Shown here one piece after another: positions 37,671 to 47,927 of a DNA stretch of 64,000 nt. Under the pieces are notes generated by a model. That model saw only the letters and a program-made list of their open reading frames with translations. It was not told the DNA's origin and did not search any database. The stretch is from a virus (Duplodnaviria; Caudoviricetes), in IMG/VR virus record IMGVR_UViG_3300010998_000005, positions 1 through 64,000 of that record. One strand, 5' to 3'. The position numbers and the translations under genes are program-made. How positions within the stretch are numbered: position 1 is the stretch's first letter; each line of letters opens with the position of its first letter.

Positions 37671-37895
37671 TTAAACGTATCTGCCCATAGAGTCTCTGCG
37701 GCGACGCATTTCCATTTCGTCATCCATATCCTCCATTGCGTGTTCATAACCTTTCTTGTAGTAGTGTTCACGCATGGTAGCACTTGAACCTCCGTAGTTG
37801 CGATAGTTACCGCCACCACGATAAGCACGGCGCATTTGAGAGCGTAAGCCCTGCATTTCGTCATCTCTGTCTGTGTTGAAAATCAAATAGCCCAT
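37671..37895 (-). CDS. Small Arg/Gly/Tyr-rich protein
   Basis: RRAYRGGGNYRNYGG...RRRRDSMGRYV. Confidence 0.65.
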   Translation of the reverse strand: MGYLIFNTDRDDEMQGLRSQMRRAYRGGGNYRNYGGSSATMREHYYKKGYEHAMEDMDDEMEMRRRRDSMGRYV

Positions 37896-37933
37896 TTTAC
37901 TATTCCTTTCTTGTTTTTAATGAATACCTAAGT

Positions 37934-38443
37934 TTACGATGGTGAGTCAAGTTTCTTTAAGATGTTCAGAATGCTATCTAACTTTTGGTCGGTAGCAGAC
38001 TGCCTTTTCTCTAAGTCACTTATGGTACGTGCTTGCCTTTTTTCTTCCGCATAGCGAGGATTAAGGGTTTCAAGCATTTTTTCTGACTCTTGTATCACGC
38101 TCTTGTGGAAAGGTATTTGTTCCAACGCCTTTTTAGAGGTTTGTAGCATCGTATCGACTGCTTGTAACATTGCTTCCCTGCTACCACTAAAGGTTTCGTT
38201 ACCCATAGCAGCAATCTCTACATTGATAGGAATGCTTGGTATAACCCTGTCACTGCCATTTATCGTAACGGTCAAATCCACCACTTGCTGAAAGTTTAAG
38301 CCATTCATCAAGTTAGGGGTTGAGGTTTGATACTGTGGGCGTGGTTGGGATTTTCCCTTTACCGTTCCTACTTCAAGTATTGGTCGCTCGCCTTTCTTTA
38401 GCACATAGAACGGACAACCGTTTGTAAGACTTTGAATATCCAT
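37934..38443 (-). CDS. Conserved hypothetical protein with a C-terminal coiled coil
   Basis: 169 aa, in operon. Confidence 0.65.
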   Translation of the reverse strand: MDIQSLTNGCPFYVLKKGERPILEVGTVKGKSQPRPQYQTSTPNLMNGLNFQQVVDLTVTINGSDRVIPSIPINVEIAAMGNETFSGSREAMLQAVDTMLQTSKKALEQIPFHKSVIQESEKMLETLNPRYAEEKRQARTISDLEKRQSATDQKLDSILNILKKLDSPS

Positions 38444-38475
38444 TGTTTTTGTTACTTTTAATTGTTAAACACTAA

Positions 38476-38811
38476 TTACACTATTGTACGAGACGTAAGC
38501 ACAAGCAAGCCATTAAACTTGTCATTGAAAACCTGCAAGATGCTTGCACCAAGCACATCAGTAACAGTTACAGCATCGCCATTAGCCAAAGTTAATGCCC
38601 TTGTCACTCCATTCAATGTCAATGTTATTGGCAAAGTTGCAGTAGTGCCAGTAGGTATTGCATTTTCCATTCGGATAGTAAAGTACCCGATAGGTTGTAT
38701 GCGCCTCCAACCAAGTGCAATGTTTACGGTGTCAGTACCTACGGTAACTTGTGTATTCGCAATATAAGGCTGACCACCTGCGTTGATTGTTATGTTTGTA
38801 TTACAATTCAT
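38476..38811 (-). CDS. Beta-rich hypothetical protein
   Basis: Thr/Val-rich 111 aa. Confidence 0.65.
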   Translation of the reverse strand: MNCNTNITINAGGQPYIANTQVTVGTDTVNIALGWRRIQPIGYFTIRMENAIPTGTTATLPITLTLNGVTRALTLANGDAVTVTDVLGASILQVFNDKFNGLLVLTSRTIV

Positions 38812-38835
38812 GCGTTTTACCTCCTATGCCTTAAA

Positions 38836-39759
38836 TTAGAATACTACAGAGCCACCGAAGCCGTTGCCCCACCAACCATAACCACCGTTGTACGGAGTGT
38901 TATTGACTGCCTGAATGTTTGGATAAACTACAGGTACGGTCGGAAGTTGCTTGTTGGCGATTGTGTCAACCGTCTTTTGCAATGGAGTCACAAGACCATT
39001 TACATAGTTCGTGATAGCAGCCGTCTGATTTGCATTGTCTATCTGAGAACGAAGAAGTGCATTGTTAGCAGTCAAGGTTGTAATCTTGTCTTGCAGCTCA
39101 CGCTTTTCAAGGTCGCAGAACTTCTCATTGATGAATGTGGTCTGCTGTGCGATGTCAGCACGTATCTGCGCAGTGTTCACATTTGCTTGGTTAGAGAGCG
39201 TACCCGTCTGCTCGATTGTGCGGATTTGGTTCTCGTAACCTTGTGCCATAATCTGCTGTTGTGTCTGACAGCAACACTGACAGAACTGTTGAGAAAGTGT
39301 CTGGTTTCCACTCTGTATAGAGTTGATAATCTGTGGAGTGCTTACGGCTTGTTGCAATGCGAGAGTGCTCAAAGAGTTTTGTATGCCTTGTATGCCTGTA
39401 TTGACAAGGTTAAAGTCCTGACCTAACATTGTAGCAAGGTTTTGTACGGCGTTGCGATTTGCTTCTCCTTGTGAAGTGATTGCATTCATAAGCAATTCGC
39501 GACCGCTATCGGTGTTGAGTTGCGTAGCAAGTGCTGCCATTTGTGCATTTCCACCGCCCCAATTACCGAAGTTGCCATTTCCACCCCAGCCAAACATGTT
39601 AGCCACAAGTGCAAGTGCGAAGATGTCAAATACACCGTTCATGCCGTTGCCGAAGCCCCAGCCGTTGTTACCCATTCCACCGAAACCGATTGGAATAGAG
39701 AAAGGAATTGTTGCATTCCCATTGTTGCCGTTTTCGGGCAACTGATAAATCTCTGCCAT
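38836..39759 (-). CDS. Gly/Asn/Gln-rich low-complexity coiled-coil protein
   Basis: GFGGMGNNGWGFGNG N-terminus, QQFCQCCCQTQQQ core, GGYGWWGNGFGG C-terminus. Confidence 0.75.
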   Translation of the reverse strand: MAEIYQLPENGNNGNATIPFSIPIGFGGMGNNGWGFGNGMNGVFDIFALALVANMFGWGGNGNFGNWGGGNAQMAALATQLNTDSGRELLMNAITSQGEANRNAVQNLATMLGQDFNLVNTGIQGIQNSLSTLALQQAVSTPQIINSIQSGNQTLSQQFCQCCCQTQQQIMAQGYENQIRTIEQTGTLSNQANVNTAQIRADIAQQTTFINEKFCDLEKRELQDKITTLTANNALLRSQIDNANQTAAITNYVNGLVTPLQKTVDTIANKQLPTVPVVYPNIQAVNNTPYNGGYGWWGNGFGGSVVF

Positions 39760-39979
39760 AGTTTTGAAAGATTTTACTTGTTAAACAATTTAGTTGAAAT
39801 AATAGATTTTGTAACGCATTACGCCCACAAAATTAAATGTTATGCAAGCAAATCTTTCATGGATATTTTGATGTCCTTTTCAACGTGGGAAAAACAAAAT
39901 AAAAAAAACAAGCACCGATATAAAAACGATGCTTGTCAAGAGTAAAATGTATGAGGGAAAAAGAAATCTTCCTGAGAGA

Positions 39980-42900
39980 TTACATTTTCCCACCGTTATA
40001 AACGAAGAAGTCAAATGCGCAATCTACATTATTACCATTTATGTCTGTAGTTTGTGCAATAAAGTATGGGTATTGGATGTTATCAATAACTTCTGTCTTA
40101 CATGTAGAGAAGAATATGCGTCTTTTTTCATCGGAGTTGGTGTGCCCACTAATAGATGGGTGAGAGGCAAGAATGTTGTTAGGCAATACAATTTTGTAAG
40201 TGCCAGTTGCGGTTTGGGACACAGAAAACAATCCAGTAGTAGTGCTCTGGGAGGAAGAGTAGATAGTCCCATTGGCGTTAACCATTGCTTTGACAAAACA
40301 ATTCAAAGGTAATCCCATATCTCCTTGGATGGCGGTCTTATTGAGTACAAGCCACCCCAAGAACTTTGTCTTAGTGCCCAATCCGAGCAATTCAACAACT
40401 TCTCCATAAGAAATAGAAAGTTGTTTGATGCCGATACCATGATAATAAAAGTATTCCTCATTGATTGGCTGCCCCGTGTCAGGGTCTGTGTCGTTACCTT
40501 GCAGAACCAAGGTCGCTCTTGTGGTGTAGCCCGTAGAAAAATCCTGAGCTGCAAAACGCAATATGCGACCAGCGTTTTTAACGCCCGTGTATATCTTATA
40601 GGTGACGTCGCTTAAACTTGCGAAGTTATTATCATAGGATTTGTCTTGAGTATCAGCAAGGTCATGCCAAGGTGAATACATACTATTTTGCATCAGTCCT
40701 TGAAACTCACCCTTATCTGCGTACACAGTACCTGCAACATTAGCATCATTGATATAAGCCTTGCCAGTTAGACCGTCAACGGCATAAGATGGGATAAAAT
40801 TTTCTCCCGTGTTGTCATTCGGGTGCGAGGGGTCAAATAAGTTGTAGTCAGTTGACACAACACCATTAACTGTACCATTTTGAGAAATCATCCAATCCCC
40901 GCTGATGACAAAAGAGCCTAATTTTGCAAAGTTGGCAAATATTGCTTCCGAAATAAGATACTTGAAGTCCGTAACCATTATTTGCCAATTAGCACTTGCA
41001 CTTGATGGTGCGCCCATTTGAGCCATAGTGTAAGTACCATTAGCACCCACCCACACCCACTTGTTGTTATTGTAGGCGAAATAGGGTGTTTCGTAATCGG
41101 TAACGGAGAATTGTGTGGTAGTGTCGCTTGCATCGAAATCGCCGCCATAGTAGTAGTTCTTGCCTATCTTGCCCTGCCTGTCCTCTACATTGTCCATCCA
41201 TTCCGTAGCGCAATCACCCTCTTCAATCTTTGGCATTGTTAACCACATCTCTGCTTGGTCGCCACTATTATCACACTGCAACCTCCACAAGACCCATGAA
41301 TAACTCGGCAAGGTACTTGGTGTGCGGAACTTTACAACGCACTTAGTCCATGCCATAGATGATGCATGACCATGATAGAAGTCCATACCACCTGCCATGT
41401 ACGACACGATGTTTCCGTCCGCAAGATAAAACCCTGCGCTATCCATTGTGAACGGATAAACAAAAACCCTTACGCTTGCATTGTTAACAATATTACACTT
41501 TAGCCAATAAGACAAGGTGTACCACGTATTGGGTTTTAACTTGTTGGCTAATGATTGAGCAAGTATTTCTTTATAATGGCTACTTGAAGATGCTTCATAC
41601 GTGTAACTTCCGTAATAACAAGGGATATTATTTATGTTATAACCGCTATTGGTCTGCACCTGACCATTGTAATCCCCCCACTTCCTTGTATCGGCAAAGC
41701 CGTAAGTGTCAGCAAGGATATTTTGTCCTATCGGCAGTGTGTTTTCAGCAAGACCGTTGTAGGACGTTGCCACTTGATTGGTCGTGTCGGTAACGTCTTC
41801 TATTTTCAAGTTCTCCACTTTGTAGATGCCCTCAAATGACACAGTGCCAGTAGTCTCCAATAAAGTGCAAACGACATTCCTTATATCCACAAGGGGTGAC
41901 AAGTACAACTTAAAGGTTTTTGCAACATTGGCAACAACATCAATAAAGTCAGAACCTACTGCAAAGGTGGTGTCTTCTTGTCGGCTTTCGATACGAAAAT
42001 AGCAGGAAACGGGAGAAGTGACTTTTCCCGAAATGGCATATTTGTGGTTGGCAGGCAGGTTTTCTGCCATGATTATATCGACGTTAGATGCAATAATACT
42101 ATCTCCCGTGCTCTTTGTGTAAGCCACAAAACCATTGTCAGAATGTGCACAGCTTGTGATATGCGCACCTAAAGCGAATTGCCTGTCATATCCGAAAAGA
42201 TTGGCTTGGGGAGCATCGACTCCGCTTTCACCTGTATCACCTTTCTTACCCATACAACAATACTTGGTGGTATTCTTGCTTGTGTCGGTATATACAGTTA
42301 CCTCTTTCTTCCATAGATATGGGTAATCATTTGTGGTGATTGGCTGCGCGCTACTCCAAGATCCTTGTATGGCAGGTGCGGTAGTGTCATTAGATGTTGT
42401 TCCTTGCGAAGAAATTGCATAGGTGTTAGTAATACTTACAATGCCATTACCATCTTCCACCAACTTGAATGCACTACCCCATGCACTTGCACTTATAGTC
42501 GTAGTGGATTGTTCACTTTGAACAAACACTTGCCTTACCCAACAAGGGTTTCCATCACTATTAGGCACAACGACGCTCCATCCATTCAAAGTGCCGCTAA
42601 GCGTGCCATCCGCAAAAGAATATGTTGTGGTCGAGGTGGGCTTGTCGGAAGAAGTAGGCTGACTTGCAGAACGCTTGTAGATAAAAACAGTAGCAGTATT
42701 CTTTCCGTCATCACCCTTGTCACCTTTGATTTGACCGACATTTTCCCAAGAACTTTCATTGGCAACAAAAAGGTCTCCATCTACCATGTAACCATCGCCC
42801 TCATCTGCCTCTGTTGCTTCCCAAGTAAAATCTGGGGCATTGATATAACACATCACTGTAGGCGAACTATAACCGTCATGATCTTCCCCGCCCTCGCTTT

Positions 42901-45900
42901 CGTAATAGTCGCTACTTGTATCAAGAATAAACAGGTCTCCTTCGGTTGGTTGTATATCGGACAAATCCTGTTCTAATGCCGTAAAGTTAGCATAATGACC
43001 TATGGCAATACCACTAATCCTGATACTTGTTCCGTCCTCTGCATAATGTGCAAACAACGCAGGGCTTGACCACGCCCCCCATGTTCCATCTGTCTTTGTG
43101 CGCTTGGATATATAGACATTTTTATTTGAAGCACTGACACTAAGTGGGGATACACTCCAATTCGCAGGTACGTACTCATCGTCTTGTTCATAACCACTTG
43201 GTATAGTAGGGGTGTTGCCTGAATAAGAATAGATGGTGCGCATACTACTACCGCTTGTCAAGAGTTTCTGCCAATAGAGAGAATTATTATCCGTAGGCTC
43301 ATAGTAAACGTTGTTGTACGGCTGTGGTGTTTTACATCTCCAATAGTTGCCATTGTGCCAGACATTATGGGTTTCATATTGTCCTGTGTCCTCGTTGTAC
43401 TGATTGAAGAGATATTCAGTATTGTCTTGCCATTCCCCCTTATCAATATACTCTACCTTTGGGTTTCCTTGCTTGTCAATCTTGATTAAATCCTCGACGA
43501 CAATACCTTGCGCATAAAGGTAATCCGCACCATCTGCGACACGCTCCGCTACATTAGCATACGCTTTGACAAATGCAGGCAGTTCACCAAATGTTGCACC
43601 ATAGTTGCCGTTAACAAGTTTTGGGCTGTTAACGCCCACAAGCCTTGTAATGCGACCATCGGTATTAGAAAGAATGAACAAACTTTGTAACCTCCTGCGT
43701 CTTTCTTTTTCCGCACTACTAATACCATCTTCTTCTGGATTAAGCACGTTACCCATTCTTGCGATAGTCATAAGTTCGCACGGCTCAAAGTTTGTTCCTG
43801 CGGGTGTTTGATTGTCGGCAAACAAAGACACGAGAATTTGATTGTTCGCAAGTGATATGCCTGTAGTGTTGCTATTGCTGGTTGCTATACACTGCATCCA
43901 AGAAGTGTAATACTTGTTGCTTCCGTCCGTTTCGACACTCTGACCTGTCGTGACATCACTCACGTTAGCAAGATTGGCAGCCAAGGTATTTACAACCCCA
44001 CGTAAGATATTGCCAACGCTTTGCGTGGTAATATAGCCACCCCATTTTTCTTTAAGGGATAGGCGATAGGCATCTCCACCCCCATAAGACAATTTTTCCA
44101 CATAGTCTATTTGGTCATTGTCAGTAAACATAGTATCGCCCTCTTGTGCTTGCACACGATTTACCAACAACTCCATAATCTCCATAAAGGAACGTACCCT
44201 TATGCTTTCCACCTCCGCATTGCCAAGTTCATCTATGCGCCAACCACGACCTTGCGTAGTCATTCCTTGTATGTAATTGTTTGACCTTATATCACTATGC
44301 AAGATAAGACTTCCGATACTATCCAATCCTTGTTGGAACGTAATCTTACCCAAGGCAATATCATCTTGAATACGGCTTAACCTACTTGATATGTCATTGA
44401 TAAGGTTTTGAGCGTAATACTTTTGCATTTCGCTCATTTGTACCCTTAACGATGATACATCTTCCGTTACTTGCCCTATTTGGTTAAGCACTACCTCAAT
44501 ATCATCGGTAAGCGTAATATCGTATTGTGGCAATACGTTATCACCCCATTTGATGCTTATCTGCTTAACGAACAAAGCCATTGTACTTTCGCCACCAAAT
44601 TGGAACTTAATACGTGTGTTGTTGTGTATCTGTTGCAGTATGTCAAGGTTGTTCGCCAAGAAGTATTCATCAAATTTCAAAGGGTATTCAAAGTGAGGCA
44701 CGTTGTTTTCAAGCATATATTCCTTTGAAGCATCATCAAGCCTTTGCTCTGCATCTTGAATATATGTCAAAGGCAAGGATATACCTAAGAAAACAATAAT
44801 ATCATTTTCCTTTGGCTGTTGGTACACATTAGGCATTATTGTGCCAAAAGTTTCGTATTCCTTTTGGCATATAACAGTTATGCTACCTTGTGAACTATCG
44901 GGGTATTTGTCGTAATCACGTTGTTCACCTTGTGGATTAAACTTGCCATCGCTGTCATAGAAATTCTTTTTGTAATCCTCCCAATCGACTTGTATGGGGA
45001 AAGTACAACCTATGCAAGCACCGCTACGCATATAGATTTTCATTTCCTCGGTAATGCTTGCACAAGCGTAAAGGTCAAATGACAGTTGTGGCAAAGTCAT
45101 TTGGAAGTAACTTTGGAGATAATTACCATCATCATCCATTGTATCATCCCAATCGGGTTCGGGTGCTTCGTTGGCATATAATACTTTCTTTTCAAAGTTT
45201 ACGCCACTTGACTCGTATTTTTCCGTAAGGAAATAATCATTAAGCACCTTCACTTCGTATTTGTAGGTGTATGCCCCGCCAACACTTTCTTCATCCTTAT
45301 CTGTTGGAGGAGATTGCGTTATAACCAAAGAACCAAGCACATCTTTTTCTTCTGCTATGGCAGATACGCCCATAATTTGACCAAGAAAGGTGTTAAAACC
45401 TGACACGGTTACATAATCACTCTCTTCTTCTTTTGTGTTGTATGGTTTTGCATTCTCTGGAAGTTGCGTGCTATCCCCCAATTCGGGTTTAATATCCTCA
45501 AATTGATGTATTTCATACGAGGGGCTTGACGGATTGATGGGGTTAGGATAAGAATTGTCGGCATCATAGTAGTCTATAATCCTTGTTTCGGGGTCATAGT
45601 TCGTATTAAGCGGATTAACCTTTTTGTTCACCGTTTCACCGTATATACTTGGCATAAGGTGGTTACGTGTGAAAGGGTGCATGATAAGCCTTACCTTTTG
45701 ACCATTCACAACACCATCATAGATAGGGTAAGAAAGGAAATTGTCCTTGTCGTTGTCTATCGTGTAATCCCACGTTTGGTCGCCAGTCCACACAATTTGC
45801 GGATAGCCGTAAGGAATATTACTCTCGCTACCATAGCCCGAAATCCTTGTTACTATCTTATTATTCTTTGGTGTGCGTGAATTATTCTTTAAGCCAACAC

Positions 45901-46600
45901 CTTGACCTAACTTGAACACATATTCCTCACCATCTACCGATACCATTTCATTAGGCATACCAAAGGTAATAGCATAGCGTTTTCCATCTTGGTAATCTGC
46001 ATCGCTATCTGCAAGTTTTTGTATGGTAAATGGCTTTTCCCACGTTTCGTAAGCCGTTTTTAAGGCATCGCTTATAAAGTTGTTGTCGAAAGATAAAACC
46101 TCGCTTAACTTGTCATCTGCTAAGGTTACGTTGTTTCTTACAATCCACTCCGTATGCGCAAGGTTGGCATTAAGTTTAGCCACAAAGTCACGCAAGTAAC
46201 CTATCCAAGAGAATGTCTTGTTTTGCGCAAGGTATCTTTCCTCACTGTCGGTTACTGCCACATCGGTAAACTCAAAGTTGCCTAACATATACATAGGGTG
46301 ATAGAACGTAAAGGAATACTTAGTCAACCCCTTTGCCGCACTATTGTCCTTTACCAATCCCTCACGCACAATGGTAGGAGGGGTTACAAGGACGTAACGC
46401 ACACCCTCGTATTCTATGTATTCTTGCATAGTAACTGCAAGGGTGTTGTCCTTATAATACGCATCACCTGTAATCTTGTCACCAAGTGACATTACAACAC
46501 TTTCAAATGCCGACTTATGTAACACCAAATCCTCAAATGATGTGCCGTCGGCGTTGTATATCGGAAACTGTACGTTCAACCCTTTTGCGCTAATATCCAT
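39980..46600 (-). CDS. Large multidomain minor tail/host-attachment protein (2206 aa)
   Basis: N-terminal tail hub-like region (IVTRISGYGSESNIPYGYP), collagen-like GDKGDDG/GKKGDTG linkers, carbohydrate-binding-like blocks. Confidence 0.75.
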   Translation of the reverse strand: MDISAKGLNVQFPIYNADGTSFEDLVLHKSAFESVVMSLGDKITGDAYYKDNTLAVTMQEYIEYEGVRYVLVTPPTIVREGLVKDNSAAKGLTKYSFTFYHPMYMLGNFEFTDVAVTDSEERYLAQNKTFSWIGYLRDFVAKLNANLAHTEWIVRNNVTLADDKLSEVLSFDNNFISDALKTAYETWEKPFTIQKLADSDADYQDGKRYAITFGMPNEMVSVDGEEYVFKLGQGVGLKNNSRTPKNNKIVTRISGYGSESNIPYGYPQIVWTGDQTWDYTIDNDKDNFLSYPIYDGVVNGQKVRLIMHPFTRNHLMPSIYGETVNKKVNPLNTNYDPETRIIDYYDADNSYPNPINPSSPSYEIHQFEDIKPELGDSTQLPENAKPYNTKEEESDYVTVSGFNTFLGQIMGVSAIAEEKDVLGSLVITQSPPTDKDEESVGGAYTYKYEVKVLNDYFLTEKYESSGVNFEKKVLYANEAPEPDWDDTMDDDGNYLQSYFQMTLPQLSFDLYACASITEEMKIYMRSGACIGCTFPIQVDWEDYKKNFYDSDGKFNPQGEQRDYDKYPDSSQGSITVICQKEYETFGTIMPNVYQQPKENDIIVFLGISLPLTYIQDAEQRLDDASKEYMLENNVPHFEYPLKFDEYFLANNLDILQQIHNNTRIKFQFGGESTMALFVKQISIKWGDNVLPQYDITLTDDIEVVLNQIGQVTEDVSSLRVQMSEMQKYYAQNLINDISSRLSRIQDDIALGKITFQQGLDSIGSLILHSDIRSNNYIQGMTTQGRGWRIDELGNAEVESIRVRSFMEIMELLVNRVQAQEGDTMFTDNDQIDYVEKLSYGGGDAYRLSLKEKWGGYITTQSVGNILRGVVNTLAANLANVSDVTTGQSVETDGSNKYYTSWMQCIATSNSNTTGISLANNQILVSLFADNQTPAGTNFEPCELMTIARMGNVLNPEEDGISSAEKERRRRLQSLFILSNTDGRITRLVGVNSPKLVNGNYGATFGELPAFVKAYANVAERVADGADYLYAQGIVVEDLIKIDKQGNPKVEYIDKGEWQDNTEYLFNQYNEDTGQYETHNVWHNGNYWRCKTPQPYNNVYYEPTDNNSLYWQKLLTSGSSMRTIYSYSGNTPTIPSGYEQDDEYVPANWSVSPLSVSASNKNVYISKRTKTDGTWGAWSSPALFAHYAEDGTSIRISGIAIGHYANFTALEQDLSDIQPTEGDLFILDTSSDYYESEGGEDHDGYSSPTVMCYINAPDFTWEATEADEGDGYMVDGDLFVANESSWENVGQIKGDKGDDGKNTATVFIYKRSASQPTSSDKPTSTTTYSFADGTLSGTLNGWSVVVPNSDGNPCWVRQVFVQSEQSTTTISASAWGSAFKLVEDGNGIVSITNTYAISSQGTTSNDTTAPAIQGSWSSAQPITTNDYPYLWKKEVTVYTDTSKNTTKYCCMGKKGDTGESGVDAPQANLFGYDRQFALGAHITSCAHSDNGFVAYTKSTGDSIIASNVDIIMAENLPANHKYAISGKVTSPVSCYFRIESRQEDTTFAVGSDFIDVVANVAKTFKLYLSPLVDIRNVVCTLLETTGTVSFEGIYKVENLKIEDVTDTTNQVATSYNGLAENTLPIGQNILADTYGFADTRKWGDYNGQVQTNSGYNINNIPCYYGSYTYEASSSSHYKEILAQSLANKLKPNTWYTLSYWLKCNIVNNASVRVFVYPFTMDSAGFYLADGNIVSYMAGGMDFYHGHASSMAWTKCVVKFRTPSTLPSYSWVLWRLQCDNSGDQAEMWLTMPKIEEGDCATEWMDNVEDRQGKIGKNYYYGGDFDASDTTTQFSVTDYETPYFAYNNNKWVWVGANGTYTMAQMGAPSSASANWQIMVTDFKYLISEAIFANFAKLGSFVISGDWMISQNGTVNGVVSTDYNLFDPSHPNDNTGENFIPSYAVDGLTGKAYINDANVAGTVYADKGEFQGLMQNSMYSPWHDLADTQDKSYDNNFASLSDVTYKIYTGVKNAGRILRFAAQDFSTGYTTRATLVLQGNDTDPDTGQPINEEYFYYHGIGIKQLSISYGEVVELLGLGTKTKFLGWLVLNKTAIQGDMGLPLNCFVKAMVNANGTIYSSSQSTTTGLFSVSQTATGTYKIVLPNNILASHPSISGHTNSDEKRRIFFSTCKTEVIDNIQYPYFIAQTTDINGNNVDCAFDFFVYNGGKM

Positions 46601-47010
46601 CTTATTATCTTATATATAATGAAACCTATAATCAAAATGCAAAGAAAAAGAGCATACTTATATGTTGTAGGTATTTTAGTAACTTCTTTTGTTACTTCTT
46701 TCTCTTTGTTTACTATCTTATCCCTATACAAAGTATCTACCTTGATTACAACCCTGTCCTTATATGCTATCTTTTGCACATACTTGGTCGCAAACACCGT
46801 ATCGCCTTTCTTTACTACCTCGTAGTACACGCTATCGTGAATGTGGGATATAAGCGTGTCATGTTGCATCTTGGTAACATATTGCGTCACGATGCTATCC
46901 CTATATTCAATGTGCTTTTGTGTCTTGCAACCACTTAGAAGCAACAGAACAAGAATTGCACCCAAAGCGACATAGAATATGCCACACAAAAACTTCGTTT
47001 CCCTTTCCAT
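46576..47010 (-). CDS. Lipoprotein, spanin-like lysis accessory
   Basis: Lipobox LLLSGC; C-terminal TM helix; follows the endolysin. Confidence 0.65.
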   Translation of the reverse strand: MERETKFLCGIFYVALGAILVLLLLSGCKTQKHIEYRDSIVTQYVTKMQHDTLISHIHDSVYYEVVKKGDTVFATKYVQKIAYKDRVVIKVDTLYRDKIVNKEKEVTKEVTKIPTTYKYALFLCILIIGFIIYKIIRWILAQKG

Positions 47011-47017
47011 GCCCTTT

Positions 47018-47497
47018 TTACTTTTTCTTTATGTTGTCACTTGCATCGACAAAATAGCGTTCTTTGCCAAGAAACATATTTGCCTCGGCTACACGCCTAC
47101 GTTTCAGTCCTAACAAAGGTCTACCACCTGCATTGTGCCACTTTATGAGTTGGTCAGTAATTTCTTCATCGTTCCTATTAGCCACTATATAGCGTTTCAT
47201 TGTACTTGAATTGAAAGCACCGCTACCAAGATTGAATATCCAACTGCACAAAGCATCAAACTCGTTTTGTGTAAGGTTTACACCAAGTTTATTCAAGGTC
47301 TGTTCGCAAGTAGCCAAGTCACTACGCAAATAAGCATCGGCTTGCGCTTGTGTTACGGTCATACCCATCTTTACACCTTTGGTATGCCCGACACCGATAG
47401 TGGGAATACCTACACTATCACGATAGGCGGTTAACTTGCACCCCTCAAACTTTTTAATAAGGTCGATACCTTTTTGTGAAATCTTCATAAGCGTCAT
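47018..47497 (-). CDS. Endolysin, GH24 phage lysozyme
   Basis: LIKKFEGCKLTAYRDSVGIPTIGVGHT; GLKRRRVAEANMF. Confidence 0.93.
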   Translation of the reverse strand: MTLMKISQKGIDLIKKFEGCKLTAYRDSVGIPTIGVGHTKGVKMGMTVTQAQADAYLRSDLATCEQTLNKLGVNLTQNEFDALCSWIFNLGSGAFNSSTMKRYIVANRNDEEITDQLIKWHNAGGRPLLGLKRRRVAEANMFLGKERYFVDASDNIKKK

Positions 47498-47503
47498 ACC
47501 CTT

Positions 47504-47923
47504 TTAGTTTTCATTGTCTGTGCTATCTTCTTGTATCTCCACTTTCTTGCGATTTGTGCATCCTGCAACGGCACACGAAAAAGGGAGTATCACCTCCAAC
47601 TTCCTGCCCATACGTGCCATATCCCTGCGTAAATCTATGACTTGGTTTTCTATATTGTTATACTTTTCATGCAACTTGCGATTTTCTTCACGTAGGACTA
47701 TATTTTCCTCCATAAGCATATCCCTGTCTTTGCGTATTTTGTCGCATACATTGTTCAAGTCATCAATCGTCTGCTGGTACACGTTTTGCATCTTTTCCCA
47801 CCCATCAGCCTCGGCTTGTGCGGCTTCTCCGTTTTGTTTGCGCTTGTAGGCACGATAGGTCACAAACCAACCACCACTTGCTATGAGTGTCATTGCAGAT
47901 ATTACATAATTTAACCAATCCAT
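47504..47923 (-). CDS. Holin-like or inner-membrane lysis protein
   Basis: One N-terminal TM helix plus coiled coil, directly upstream of the endolysin. Confidence 0.55.
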   Translation of the reverse strand: MDWLNYVISAMTLIASGGWFVTYRAYKRKQNGEAAQAEADGWEKMQNVYQQTIDDLNNVCDKIRKDRDMLMEENIVLREENRKLHEKYNNIENQVIDLRRDMARMGRKLEVILPFSCAVAGCTNRKKVEIQEDSTDNEN

Positions 47924-47927
47924 ACGC

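Noticed and set aside
39980-40400. Diversity-generating retroelement targeting the tail protein C-terminus
   Set aside because: No reverse transcriptase ORF and no template/variable repeat pair seen in the window; one could lie outside it.
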